From contig NC_087460.1 in NCBI RefSeq assembly GCF_036321535.1, positions 2,356,001-2,420,000 of the forward strand: DNA of 64,000 bases, read 5' to 3'. Both the position numbers and the translations under genes were made by a program. This DNA is from Camelus dromedarius (lineage: Eukaryota). Below, in pieces: positions 47,630 through 61,489 of this stretch; the first letter of the stretch is position 1, and each line of letters starts with the position of its first letter. Below the pieces are notes generated by a model. It had not been told where the DNA came from and searched no databases. It saw only the letters and a list, made by a program, of their open reading frames with translations.

Positions 47630-48660
47630 CTTATTTAAATAACTATATTGAGATATAATTTACATACCAGAAAATATATCCGTTTCAAGTATGCAATTCA
47701 GTAGTTCTTAGCATACTTGCAGAGTTTTACAACTATCATCGAAATCTAATCTTAGAACATTCCCGTCACACCCCCACCCCAACTAAAGAAACCTGCCCAT
47801 TTACAGTCATTCCCTGTCCCCCTCCCCTGCTCCCAGCCTGCTTTCTGCCTCTATAGACTTGCCTGTTCTGGACACTTCATGTAAGTGGAATTATATGATA
47901 CGTGGTATTTTGTGACTGACAGAATGTTTTTGAGGTTCGTTCATGTTGTATGTGGCACATATCAGTGCTTCATTCCTTCTCACTGCTGGGTAGTCTCTTG
48001 TGTGGCTTTACCACATTTTGTTTATCCATTCATTTATTGATGGACATTTGAGTTGTTTCCACTTTTTGGCTATTATGAACGATGCTGCTGTGAACGTTCA
48101 TGTCAAGTCTGTGTGTGAACATATATTTTCACTTCTCTTTCATATACGTCCATGTGGAGTTGTTGGGTCTTGTGGTAACTCCGTTTTACAGCTTGAGGGC
48201 TGTCAAACTGTTTTCCAGAATGGCTACAACATTTTAGATTCCCACCAGCAATGTATGAGGGTTCCAGTTTCTCTACATTCTCACCAATACTTGTTACTGT
48301 CTTTAAATTTATTTTTTAATTTTATCATTATTTTTAATGGAGGGACTGGGGATGGAACACAGGACCTCTTGCCTGCTAAGCACGTGCTTTACCGCTGAGC
48401 CCCACCCGTCGCCCCTCTCTCTGTAATTACGGCTGTCCTAGTGGGTATGAAACAGCATTCCACTGTGGTTTTGATTTGTGTGTGATTATGAATAATGTGA
48501 AGCATTTTTTATGTTTATTGGTCACTCCTGTATCTTTAGAGAAACATCTGTTCATTAATTTTGCCCATTTTTAATTGGGCTATTTGTCTTTTTATTACTT
48601 AGGTGTAAGATTACTCTGTTCTGGATGCAAGTCCCTTTCAGATGAATGATTTGCAGTTCC
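47630..48660 (-). mobile_element. L1M 3' fragment, antisense to TULP3, interrupted by a SINE
   Basis: tattgagatataatttacatacc...gatggacatttgagttgtttccactttttggctattatgaac. Confidence 0.8.
48300..48415 (-). mobile_element. tRNA-derived SINE inserted in L1
   Basis: aatggagggactggggatggaacacaggacctcttgcctgctaagcacgtgctttaccgctgagc. Confidence 0.85.
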
Positions 48661-49741
48661 TATCAATATGAAGTGTGGAAAAGTGTCAGGATTATTTTGG
48701 AAAATCTGGGCTGTGGAGTCACTGTGTTTTTAGTGGAGCGTGACTCGAATCAGTAGGCAGCGTGGTATTATTAAAAATGAGAACAGTTACACTGTAAAGA
48801 GCTGCTGGTTATGCCTGTGACTTTCCTCTCTCAGTGGTCACTTGGCTTTTATTTCATGTATTAATTTTTAATGTACAGATTTAAAATTTTTTGTAATAAA
48901 ATTTGTTCCTCTTTTTCTTGGTGATTTCTCGGCTTTGTGTCTTACACTGAAACATTTTTCCATAGTTCGTATTATAAAGATCTTAGCCTTTATTTTCTCA
49001 AACTTTTTATGTTTAGTTCTTTAACATTGTGTTAAAATACACATAACATTAAACTTATCATCTTAATCATTTTTAAGTTTGCCATTCAGTGGTTATTAAA
49101 GATGCATTGTTGTGCAGCCATCACCACCATCCATCCTTATAACTCTTTTTCATCCTGTAAAATTGAAATTCTATTCTTACTAAATAACTTTCATTCTCTT
49201 CTCCCTCCAGCCTCTAGCAACCGTCATTATAGTTTCTGTCTATGATTTTGATTATTCTAAGTACCTCATGTAAGTGGAATCATACAGTATTTCTCTTTTT
49301 GTGACTGGCTTATTTCCCTTAGCATAATGTCCTCAAGTTTCATTGATGTTGTAGCATGATGCAGAATTTCCTTCCTTTCTAAGGCTGAAACAATATTCCA
49401 TTGTTTGTATACCACAGTTTGACTATCCATTACATTTGTTGGTGGACACCGGGACTGCTTCCACTCTTTAACTGCTGTGCATGAGGCTGCTGTGAATGTG
49501 GGTGTATGCGTGTCTCTTCCAGAGCCTGCTCTCAGTTCTTTCGGGTGTACGCCAGGAGGTGGAGTTGCTGTGTCGTATGGTAATTCTGTTCTTAATTTTT
49601 TGAGAAATACTGTTTTCCGCAGCAGCTGTACCATTTTACATTCCCACAGGTATATAAGGGTTTCCGTTTCTCTACGTCCTTGTCAATACTTGCTGTTTTC
49701 CAGTTTTCGGTTGTTTTTTTTTTTTGGTAGTAGCCGTTCTA

Positions 49742-49887
49742 NNNNNNNNNNNNNNNNNNNNNNNNNNNNNNNNNNNNNNNNNNNNNNNNNNNNNNNNNNN
49801 NNNNNNNNNNNNNNNNNNNNNNNNNNNNNNNNNNNNNNNNNNNNNNNNNNNNNNNNNNNNNNNNNNNNNNNNNNNNNNNNNNNNNNT
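49742..49887. other. Assembly gap
   Basis: 146 N. Confidence 1.
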
Positions 49888-50243
49888 GGATTGCTTGTTT
49901 TTGCTTTTTGTCATTGAGTTGCAGATTGTTTGTTGTTTGTTGCAGAGTTCCCTGTATCTTCTGGATATTAATCCCTTACCAGATACATGATTTGAAAATA
50001 TTTTCTCCTGTTCTGTGGGTTGCATTTTACTCTGCAGTTTCTTTTGATGTGCAGAATTTTTAAATTTTCTTGAATCCATTTTGTCTATTTTTTTCTTTTG
50101 TTACCTGTGCCTCTGGTGTCACAGCCAAGAAATCATTGGTGAATCCAGTGTCATGAAGCTTTTGTCTTATGTTTTCTTCTAAGGGTTTTATTGTTTTAGG
50201 TCTTATTCTTAAGTCCTTGATCCATTTTGAGTTAATTTTTATA

Positions 50244-50517
50244 GAGGCATACCTTGGAGATTGCAGGTTTGGTTCCAGACCACTGTAATAAAGCAAATAT
50301 TTTAACGTGAGTCACATGAATTGTTGGTTCCTCAGTGCGTATGAAGGTTATGTTTATACTATACTGTAGTCTGTTTAGTGTGCAGTAGCATTGTGTTTAA
50401 AAAACAATGTATATACCTTAATTAAAAAGTACTTTATGCTAAAAAAATGCTAATCATCATCTGACCTGGTCACAAACCTTCAATTTGTAAAAATCACAAT
50501 AAAATGAGGTATGCCTG
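50244..50517 (+). mobile_element. Tigger1 internal-deletion derivative (Tigger1a_Art-like) inserted into L1
   Basis: TA TSDs at 50242-50243 and 50518-50519; TIRs gaggcatacct / aggtatgcctg; L1 sequence resumes seamlessly on both sides. Confidence 0.88.
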
Positions 50518-50911
50518 TATATGGTGTAGGGTGAGGGTCCAGCGTTACCCTTTGGCATGTGGAGATCCAGTTTTCCCAGCACGATTTGTTGTAAAGACTG
50601 TCCTTTCCCTGAGTGGTCTTGGCACCCTTGTCAAAAATCACTTGTCCCTGTATGCAGGGGTTTATTCTGGACTCTGTTTTATGCCATTGGTCTGTATGTC
50701 TGTTTTTATGCCAGCATCACACTGTTTTGATTACTGTACCTTTGTAGTAATTTTTGAAATCAGAAAATGTGAGTCCTCCAGTTTTGTTGGTTTTCAGGAT
50801 TGTTTTGGTTCTTCAAGGTTCTTGGAGATTTCATGTGAATTTTAGGATGGGTTTTTCTCTTTTTGCAAAAAAGCATCATTGAGAAATATCAAGTCTTCCA
50901 ATCTGTGACTG

Positions 50912-51097
50912 NNNNNNNNNNNNNNNNNNNNNNNNNNNNNNNNNNNNNNNNNNNNNNNNNNNNNNNNNNNNNNNNNNNNNNNNNNNNNNNNNNNNNNNNN
51001 NNNNNNNNNNNNNNNNNNNNNNNNNNNNNNNNNNNNNNNNNNNNNNNNNNNNNNNNNNNNNNNNNNNNNNNNNNNNNNNNNNNNNNNNNNNNNNNNN
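50912..51097. other. Assembly gap
   Basis: 186 N. Confidence 1.
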
Positions 51098-54000
51098 GCT
51101 GATTTTGTTGTTGTTGACGACTTTGTATCCTTCTGCACCGCTAAATTCTTTTATTAGGTCTAACAGCTTTTTTGTATGAGTCTTTAGGGTGTTCTACATA
51201 CAAGCTGATATAATCTGCAAACAGAGATAATTTTACTTCTTCCTTTCTAACTTGGATGCATTTAGATATTTTTCTTGCTTAATTGCCGTGGCTGGAACTT
51301 CCAGCACTGTGTGGAAAAGAAGTGGTGACAGCGGACTTCCTTGTCTTGCTCCTGCTCTGAGAGGAAATGCTTTCTTTTTTTCACCATTGAATATGGTGTT
51401 TGCTGTTGGTTTTCCATACGTGGCTTTTATTACATGGGGACAGTTTCCTTCTATTCCTCTGTTGTGCGTTTTTATCAGGAAAGGGTATTGGATTTTGTCA
51501 GATGCTTTTTCTGCGTCAGTTAAGATGACCATGTTGGATTTTTCCTTCATTTTGTTAATGTATACCTGTTACTTTGGGGAAGAAGGATGACACAAAGGGA
51601 AGGAACATGGACTATGGTGTGAGACGTATTTGCACAAATTCACTTTTGTTTTTTCCAGTTCAGATAACCTTAAGCTTGGCTCAGTGAGTTGCTTCCTCTC
51701 CTGGGCCACACTTTTTCAACAGTAAAATGAAGGGAACATCACCAACCTCACAAGGTTCACATTAAGAGTAAATAAAATTTGTGTGTGTAAAACCTCAGCA
51801 CTCTCCCCAGCAAATAATGGACCCTTTCTCTTTCCCTTCACTCCATGGCACAGGGCTGTTACTGTTGTGTTTTGGTGGTGGATGCTAGGCTTTTGTTTTA
51901 CCTGGCGTTGGTTGGGTTCATGTTAACGTTATGGAAAGTTTTTGAACTTTTATTTTAAGGAAAATGTGAAGAAACTTGTGGTAGATTTAGAGAAGACAAG
52001 ATGGTTAAATATATTTTTAAATATTTTTAAAGATAAAGTTAAAATATCTTTGGTGTTACAATAGATACGATCAAAGGGTAACTAAACTAAGAATTTATTT
52101 GAAGGATGGTATGTGCAGTGTGTCAAACAAACAAGGGATTTAAATGATCAAGAGAGAGACTTTGGACATTACATTTTTACACCCTTGAACAAGCTACCTA
52201 AGTGCGGACTGCCAAGAAAGGTAATTTTCACCTTACGTCTGGTCAGCACTGCACTGCTGGCGGGATGTGAACTGATGTAGTTTGTTTGGAAAACCTGTGT
52301 GGCAGTAACACTGTACCCTTTGGCCAGTCTTGCTCCAGAAAAGATTTAAGGTCACCCTAATAACCAGCAATCCTGTTTCTGGGAATCTATCTCTGGGAAA
52401 AACACCTTGAAACTGAGATGTAAAATTTTAACGTTTGTTTATTTATTCATTTATTATTGAGGTGTAATTTATATGTGGTATAATACACAGATTTTAAATG
52501 TGCAGCTCAGTGAGGATTTTACATTTGTATCTATTCCGATGTTATAGATACGGAACATTTCCATCACTCAGAAGGTTACCTTGTGCCAGTTTCCGGTTAA
52601 ATCCCTCCTCTCCAAAAGTAAACACTGCTCTGACTTCTGTCACCATGGATTGCTTTTGCCTGTCCTTGAACTTAATGTAAGTGAAACCGCACAGTGTGTA
52701 CTCCTTTGTGTACGGCTGTTTGCAGTCAGCATGGTGTTTTGAGGTTGACCATGTGTACGTTAGGAGTTTGCTCTCTTGCTAAGTGGGACCCCACTGCACA
52801 GGCAGGGTGCTCAGATGACACAGCAGAGGCCTGTAGATGCGCGCTCGTCCTGACTGCCGCGGTGCTGAGCGGGGAGGGGAGGGGAGGGGAAGGAGTGTAA
52901 GCCCGCCTGTGGGGGCAGAGGCTAACTCCTCCTTACTGTCTGTATCCTTGGGGCCCAATGGTGTGCTCACGTGTAGGATGTGCTTGGTGTTCCCGGAGTG
53001 AATGTAATGAAAGGATGAGTGGTAGTTAAGAGTGGAACCAAGGAGTTTTCAGGAAAACAGGAGGAGAGCGTTTCAATAAGGAGCTAGTGGTTATTCTTGT
53101 CACTTTCTTCAGAAACGTCAAGCAGGAGCGAAGAATGAAAATAAGCAGGGTTTTTGGTGATCAGAGGTCTTTATTGAGTATTTCATTGTGATAAGGTGGT
53201 AAAGCCAAATAGCAGTGAGAAGGGAGATGTAGTTGAAATGGTGCCGGTGAGCACTGATTATCCTTGATGTATTCAGTGATGGTGGGAAGTGGAGGTCAGT
53301 TCGCAGCTTTATAAATAGAAAAGGTCTAGGAAGGTATGTTTTTTAGAATGATTGCGAGCTGAAGGAAGAAGCCGCTAGAGATGGAGAGGCCGAGGGTACA
53401 GGAGCAAGTTTATGACTGTCATGCTGAGGTCTGGGCAGGGGCTTACCAGCTGTTTGTGTACCTTCTTCTGTGGAATGATTGTTGAAATCTTTCGTCCAAT
53501 TTTAAATTGGGTTGTATTCTTAGTAATAGATAAGGAAGAGTTCTTTCAGTTAAGTTTTCCATTGGGATATGTATTTGCAAATATTTTTTCCTAGTCTGTG
53601 GCTTGCCTTTTAATTTTAATAACAATGTCTTTTGCAGAACGAAAGCTTTTTGTTTCGAAGTCTGGTTTGTTGATTTTTATTGACTTTTTTAAGTATGTGA
53701 ATCTGAAAGTCATAATCAAACCTACAGGTTTTCTTCCAGAAGGTGGCAGTTAAATCTCAAGCATGAATAACTGACTAGATTGACAAATAAAAGATTCCAT
53801 TATTTTTATAGCTGTTGTCTTGAGGTAAACCTTCTTTTTTCCTTCATCTTTCCTGTAATAACATCTTTCCAGTAATTCTTTGTTACATATAGTGCATTTA
53901 TTTCTGATAGGGTGAGTTGAACCAAATTTTTATAAATTGTATTTATTATAACTTCAAGGAGGCAGCTAATTACTAAAGCTGTAGAATTATGAGGTCCTCT

Positions 54001-54989
54001 AACTAAAATGAGTGAGTTGCCTTCTAAGTTGTCCTCTTCATCAATCCACATTGACATTTATTGAATTCATTTCATAAAATAGGGTAAGCCTTTCCTTCTC
54101 CTTTGTTTCTTAACTATAACTGATTTCTGAGACTGAAGAGTCCCATTTGTCATGTTGTGAAGCAGTATTATAGTCAGAAAAGGAAGCGTTCCCTCAGATT
54201 ACTATTAGGAGAGCCACGGGCTGCTCACAGCCTGCATTTTTCAAGTCCTGTCCTACTACGTCTCTCGCGAGGCTGGCGTTTGCTCCCTCTGGTTCCATGG
54301 AAGGAGCCTGCGTAGCCTCCTGCATCTCCGGCGGAACTGCAGCCCAGTGCTGATGGCAGCACCCTCGCCGTCTGGCCCCGAGCAGGGTGCAGCGGAGAGC
54401 ATCCCTGACTGCACAGCAGCAGTGGTTTCTGTGTTATGGCAGCTAGAAAAATATATCCTTTTTTTTTTTTGCAGGCTGATAGAACTTGACAGGACTGTTG
54501 AAAATGTAGAATAATCATGGAATCTAGCAGGTCATTGATACATTATTAAATGTATCAATTTAAATTATTTGGCAGCGTGGTCTGTTAGGTACAGCTCCAG
54601 GCCAGCAGTCAAGTGAGTAATGCTTTGAAGTGGGCCCTACATTTCTCAGGTATTTGATCTTGGGCAAATTTCTTTATTGTTTCATATCATCTCCATTCCT
54701 TAGAAATACTGTGTGTGTAATTTAGGTGCTAGAATAAAGGGCATGTAGATTTTTAAGAATACTCAGTCCGTGTCTGTGAAATAGATATTTAGCAAAATGT
54801 CTGCTTTCTTTTTTCCTCGAATTTCTTATGTTGCAAAAATGTGAATTTGCCAGAAAGTTGCGAGAGAAGTCCACCTGGATTCATCGCTTGTTAACAGTGC
54901 TTTTAGTATCTCTCTTAGAACATCTTTTTTGTTAGAGAAGTTGTCAGGAATTTAAGAGGACTTCTGTCTGGCCTTCACCAAGCTTTGCC

Positions 54990-56760
54990 CAGTGTTAATA
55001 TCTTACATAAGCGTAGTACGGTTGTCTAAACAGCAAGTTAATACTGGTTCAGGACTGTTAACTAATCCACAGGCCTGGTTTGAATTTTGCCCGTTTTCCC
55101 ACTAATGTCCCTCTTCTCGTCCAGGATCCAAATCCAGGATCCTGTAGCACACGCAGTTTTCAAGTCTCTGTAGTCTTCCCCAACCTACAATTTCTTAATC
55201 TGTCTTTGGCTCTCCTGGCCTTGACACTGTGGAAGAATACTGGCCAGTTATTTTGCAGACTGTCCCTCACTGTGCGTTTGTCTGGTGTTTCACCACAGTT
55301 AAATCCAGATCATGCATTTTGGGCCAGAATCCACAGGTGTGGTGCCAGGGCTTCCAGGCCTTCTCATTTCCGGAGGAACACGGTGCTACTGAGTCTTGTG
55401 ACTGGTGATGCCAGCCTCGATCATGCAGTCAGGGCGCTGTTTCCCAGGCTTCTCCACCGTGAAGTGGCTGTTTTCCCGTTGTAGTCAGTGCTATCCTGTG
55501 GGCAGATAATCTGAGACGGTGCATGTTCTCAGCACACTTTGACCTGCCAGTTTTAGAGTCCTTTGATGGTTCTCGCTTGCAACAGTTATTACTGCGGTAT
55601 TTCCTAATGGTGATTTTCTGTTTCTGTTATTCTTTCTATCTTTATTCATTGGATTTTTTTTTTCCTGAAAGGAAGAGCTGTCCTTTCTTCCTCATTCATT
55701 CATTCATTCATTCATTTATTTGTAATCATTATGGACTCATGGATACGCAGAGAAGAGTGGCTCCCCCATGCTTACTGCCTGTCCCCAGTCTCGCACTGTG
55801 TCTACCCCACGCCCCCCGGAAGGGCACCCTCCTGCGTGACCACAGTGCTGTTACCTCGCGCGGGACCCTTGCCTTAGTTCTCTCAGCTGGAGCTCCTGGG
55901 CACATCTCAGTGCACCTGGGATAGTCTTTACTGTGTGTATGTTTTGGTTCAGAATTCAATGATTATGTGCCATGTTTGGTTTCCAGAAATCTCTTAAATT
56001 TCTTCTATTTTAACCTAGAACAGTTCTCCAGCCTTTTTGGGGGGGAGGGTCTTTCTTGATATTGATGTTTTTGGAGAGTCCGGACAGCTGACCTGCAGAA
56101 TTTCCCCCTGAATAGATGCAGGCTACATGCTGTCGGCCAGACCACCACATACATCGTGTCATGCTCCCCCAGGGCCTTACGCCGGGGGAGCCTGCTGTCG
56201 GCTCTCCTTCCGTGGCTGCTGTGGCCTGTCACTTGGTTAAGGCGACGTCTGCCAGGTTTCTTCACTGTCAAGTTACCTTTTCCTCTTTGTAATTAATATA
56301 ATATGTGGGGAGATACTTGAGATTGTGCTGAATATCCTATTTCACTCAGTGATTATCTATCAGCATCTCTTGCAAAAGTCAGTTATTAATCTGGTAGTTA
56401 TAAAATGGTGATGTTCTGTTTCATCATTCATTCTGTATTTATTTAGCTGGCATTATTCTGTAAAGATAATCTTTGTTGTGACTTTTATTTCTTTGTGTAT
56501 TTACTTATTTAGAATCAGTATGGATTCGTGGATTCCGTTTTTAATGACAGCTTTATGAGATATGGCTCATACATCATGCAGTTCACCCATTTAAAGTATG
56601 CACGCTTGTTTTGCTTATTGGTACATTTACAAAGATGTGCAGCCGTCACCACGATCAATTTTTAGGACATTTTCATCATCTCAAAGCTACTTTATACCTT
56701 GTAGCTATCATCCCTCAACTCCATTCCCCAGCCCTAAACAGTCACTAATTTGCACACCCA
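54990..56760 (-). mobile_element. Old L1MC/L1MB-like 3' fragments
   Basis: ccaggatccaaatccaggatcc...gaagaatactggccagttattttgcagactgtccc...; boundaries approximate. Confidence 0.65.
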
Positions 56761-58121
56761 GATGAGGGCCACAGAGTCAAGGTGAAAGGTTTAACACGTC
56801 TGACATTGCTGTTCGTCTTTTTGTCCCTCTTTGGAGCTAGGGAAAAAACGAGATGATTTATTTAACACTCGCTGTTGTTATTTTTAAACATAAAGTTTAT
56901 AAAGAATTAATAGAGGGCACTGTCAGACTCAGGATATGCTTCTGCGTCTGTGTCTAAGGGGTTATGAGACGTGCTTCCAGGTTCGCGCAGGCAGGAAGAG
57001 TCTTGGAATAGTGTACAAATTCCAAGTTGCTATGCGTTATAAAAATGCATAAAACTGCCCAAAATGTAGAAATGTCGTGGTCAGCCATTAAACCATAGAA
57101 AGATGCTTTTGATGTGTTCACCCCAAGTGCAGAAAAAGCAATGCTTCTCTGTAGCTGTGGAGTTTGTCTTCTTAAATAAGGCCTTGTATTTGTAGTTTCT
57201 TTCTGGCAATATACTCCTAGTAAAAATTTATAATACAAATAATTGGAAACCACTTCTGCCTTGTTTTGTACTTCATTCTTTCTAAAAATGCTGAGAATCA
57301 CGAAATCTTAAATTAGGAAATTGTCAGAAATATAAAACGCTTCAGATGGTTTAAAAGCATTCAGAAGGGTTTGGTTTATCAGTTGAAGACAGTAATTTGG
57401 TTCCATTTTTGTTGTTGATTTCTTCCATCAAGTGAATCTGTCTCCTAATGGTATTAAATCTTGTCTGTTCATCCACACTTAGAGTCTCCTATGATGACTG
57501 GCATAATGTTTTATTAATGGCAAACTTGAAGAGTAAGTTAAATGACTTGCTAAATCTTAAGGAAATCAGTGGCCACAGTAGGGTGCAATACGCTGTCTAG
57601 TTTTCTCTCTCCCAGAATTTGCTCCAAAAGAGAAGTAAAATATATTTTATTTTTAGTTGAAATTCAGACTCTGGAAGAGGTATGAAGGTCTGTTTCTGCT
57701 GTTTAACCTTATGTACGGCTCTCCAGGTCTGTTTCTTCATCTTCAAAGTGGGAAAAAGAATAGTACCTAATTCATAGCGTTGTTTTGAAGAATAAATAAA
57801 ATAGTACATTTGAAATATTTATCACTGTGTCTGAGATATAGTGAGTACTCAGTATGTGATTTTAAATAGAAAGAAAACCCCTGCGTGCATGGGGACCTGT
57901 GTTCTACATCTTTTTCTTTTTTGGGTATTTCAGCCTCAGGTCCTCTGTGGAATAAGTGTGGTGTTAGGATGGCAGGTCCCCATCTAGAAACTGATGCTTC
58001 CCCCAGGGCAGAATTAATTGGTTCCAAACAGCCCAAAGGATAGATGCATGGAAAAGCTGAGATTGACATAGTTTGAAAGGATTTCCTCTTTACATGCTGT
58101 CTTTTCTTATTTTCTAAACAG

Positions 58122-58173
58122 TGCCTTTGAGGATGAGACCATGAAGCTTCGGCAGCTGAAACTAGATAATCAG
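58122..58173 (+). CDS. TULP3: TULP3 exon 2; remaining exons presumably lie beyond the window
   Basis: ttttctaaacag|T...CAG|gtgagc; (S)AFEDETMKLRQLKLDNQ; phase matches exon 1. Confidence 0.93.
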
Positions 58174-61100
58174 GTGAGCAGTCTCCTCCGAAAGAAGTGG
58201 GCAGCTGTGCTGTCCCTGAGGCTGGTGGTCTTGCCTGTGAAGCCTTGGCCGAGTCAGGGGCAGGACGAGAAGGAGAAGGCTCTGGCGTGAGGCAGTAAGC
58301 AGTGTCTGGAGTTAGTACTTGCTGAACCAAGGCTCTGGGCTGTGGCAGGACCAAAGTGCTTTGAGGACATCAGCCTTGAACTTGGCGTTGTATTTACAGT
58401 CACTGAGAATCCCTTGTGTAAGAATTAGAAGAATGTTAACGTTGTATTTCTGTGTAGTGATTTGGTCCTGCTGCCTTATTAAACACCTCTCTACGCTGTA
58501 ATTTCATATAATTATTTAAAAATTCATATCTGCAAATGTGCTGCTTAAAAGCCTCTGTTGCCTACAGAGTAATTTTCTGTGTCATTATTATTATTTTTGC
58601 AGTGATTTGAATTGTGTTCATTTCCTCCGTTAGACTAAGTTCCGTGAGACCAGGAGCTCGGTCTGTTGATGACCGTTCTGTCAGATGTTCCCCGCACAGG
58701 GCTGGGCCCGTAATAGGCCGTCATCAAATACTGGAGTGCAGGACGGAATGAATGAACAGTTCTCTGCTGGCGCATACAGTGATCCTTGTGGCTAGTCAGC
58801 TTGGAACCTGTACCTAGCACGTGTTACTTCCATGTGAGTGTTTTCTGATTCAGGAAGTTCTGTAGCTCCGTCTGCCTATGTGGCATGATTAGTAATCGGT
58901 GTCTAGAGGTGGTGGGGACTAGGAATACCTCTAAGATTTTGTCTTGCTTCATTACGTTGCTTTTGGCCTTCATGGCGGGACTTGGAGCTTAGTGAATTAC
59001 TTTAACGATGGAATCGTTACAGACTAGTTACGAGGTCTCCTTGGGGGTGTGCCCAGGACTGCCTGGCCCCCAGGCCACTTTCCAGTCCTAGGTGTCCATG
59101 GTGCCTCTGTGGGGCTTGTCACCGAGACCACTGCCCCTCAGGCCACCACGTGGTGGGGTCCGGCGGCCTCACGTGTGCCCAGATGGAGCACGACTCAGTG
59201 GTCTTCAGGGACTCTCAGCTTCAAGGTGGTGGCAGTCACCTCAGTTGTGTGATCCTGCTCTGCCCGCCACCCTCCCCCACAGCTGGGCTCGGCTTCCTGG
59301 GCCTGGGTGATGGTCACGGCCCCACTGCTCTCGGACGAGGCCTGTTTCCAGATGTCCTCCCAGGGTGGAGGCCAGGCTGGCCCTCAGCTGGTCATGGGCT
59401 TCGGGATCCCTCAGGTCACAGGGGGACCTCGGTGGGGGTGTCCCAGCCCGAGCACCCAACAACAGCGGGCTCATGGAAAGACAGTCTTCCTTGAAACCAT
59501 TGTGAGGCTACTGTGCCAGCGGCAGCCTCCCTCCAGCTGACGACGTCCTTTAAGGAGACTGCGGCACATTTTAAGCAAATCTGGGGCTGCACAGCAGGGT
59601 AGGGAGTGGCCGCAAAGGTCTCAGCAGTCACAGGAGGCTGCCTCATGTCTCCCTCTGTGGGGCGCGCGGCCTCTCAGTGGAGGCCCAGCGCGGGCTCTGC
59701 ACCCGGTGTGGCTGCTGGGAGGGTGCGGAACACGCAGTTCTAATGCTGAGAAAACAAGTAAAAATAGAAAAGAAATGAATCTTCCTGGACTTACGGGGAA
59801 AATTCTGATTAGATATAGATTTATCTCCCACCAAGATCAGAATAATTGTGAATAATTTTGATGAGACCTTTGCTTTTCAGTCCATTGCATAGCAAACTGT
59901 ATTTAGGGAGAAGTGACCACAAGATTTTGGATATTTATTTGATTTACTCTTATAAGGCTAAATGGTACATCCCTAAACTAACATCAAATGAAATCCACGG
60001 TCATCTACCAAGTAGTGCTGTAAGACATAAGCTTTTAAATTTTATGTAGTTCTTGAGTTTTGTATATAGATACACTTTCTGGATTTTTGAAAAAGATGGC
60101 CCAACTATTTTGTAATTTTTATTCTTTTCAATGAGAATGCTACATGTGGTAGGTATGTGGTGTAAATGTTGGGATTTTGTAAGCCCTTTTTTTTTACAGT
60201 ATAAAAATTTTTTAATTATGTTTTTATATAGGCAATTAAAGCATATGGTAAGAATTCAAATAATACGAAAGGGTGTTTGAACGAAGGTCTCCTTCTACTT
60301 GGCTCAGTTCTTTATCAGAGGCTGTCACTGACTTACAGTGTATCTTTCCAGAGATAGTCAGTGAGTGTGATTATGAAGGATAAACTTTGGTGCTAAATGG
60401 CGCATGAGAATACTGGCAGAGCCCTGAAGTGCTGCCCCAGCGTAGGAGGAGGTTACTCAGCCGGGGGTACGGAAATTTTCCACCAGTGCCGGCGGGCGTG
60501 CAGGTGGCCTGTAGCCAGAAAGGCAGCGCCACAGGACGAACAGAACACTGGGCCCATATCAGAAGCCTTGGTTCCCTGTGCCTTTAATTAGCTGTGATTT
60601 TAAGTAAGATCCTCAGACTCTGTGGGCCCTAGTTATTTCATCTGTAAAGTGAGGTCAGACTGGATAAAACAGTAGGCTGTTGGAAAGGGTCTTAGAGGAT
60701 GGAAGTTGTCGCTGGGATGGAGTGCACTGAGGAAGGCTCTGTTGCTGCTCACCCTGGGCCTCGTAGGCTGGCAGCGACTTGTGGGGAGGCATGTCGGCCG
60801 ACCCGGGGGACACAGTGCACTGTCGTCAGTGACAGTGAGTGTCAGCGGGGGCAGAGGGGAGGCTGGGGAACCTGCCTCCCCACCCCTGCCTGAGGCAGAC
60901 AGTACGTTAAGCTCCTAGGAATTCTGCTGTGGGAATGTCCCCATGGTCCTGAGCTTTGTAGAATGAGCAGCAGTTTGTTGAGAGCAACCAAAGTTTATCA
61001 GTCTCACGAGGATTGGTTCATACTAACCAGTATCGTAAGTGGTGAATCTCAATCAGGGGATTAATTTATTAATTGCTAGTGAACTGTATACCACGATCAG

Positions 61101-61489
61101 CTGGTCATCACATTTTCATTAGAAGAGTCTGTGGGGACTTTGCCTGGTAAGTTTGAAATCAGAGCAAATAGAGTTTGTAAAACGAACTTTGTGGTAGTTC
61201 TCATTGTGCGTTGGTAGAATTAATTCATCTCTGCTAGAGGGAGGGCACACCCGGGACTTCCGACCGGGACGCTCCCTGCCTTGGACCGTTCGCACCCGAG
61301 ACGCAAGGTGGATCTTGCTCTGTAGTTCTGCTCACCTGATTCCCACAGAGACCGTTCCCCTTCTCTTAAAGCATTCTTTCGTCGTCCGTTACAGCATTCT
61401 TGATTTGATTACATTTGTTTCTCTCATGGCTGTTCTGTTTCTGATAGTATGATCTTTGAGTGTAATGTTTAAAAATCCTAGATTTTCAG

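Larger units (their letters stand above)
48990..51565 (-). mobile_element. 5'-truncated L1 (L1MA-like) with decayed ORF2, antisense to TULP3
   Basis: Decayed RT-region translation DAEKASDKIQYPFLIK...GARQGSPLSPLLF (51233-51550), C-terminal ORF2 remnants and 3'UTR; contains two N gaps. Confidence 0.9.

Noticed and set aside
51233-51550. Reverse-transcriptase-like ORF
   Set aside because: Decayed fragment of L1 ORF2 with substitutions in conserved motifs and no continuous frame.
59305-59325. EDIWK translation resembling MYC box I on the minus strand
   Set aside because: Only five residues match; the following KFELL and flanks are absent.
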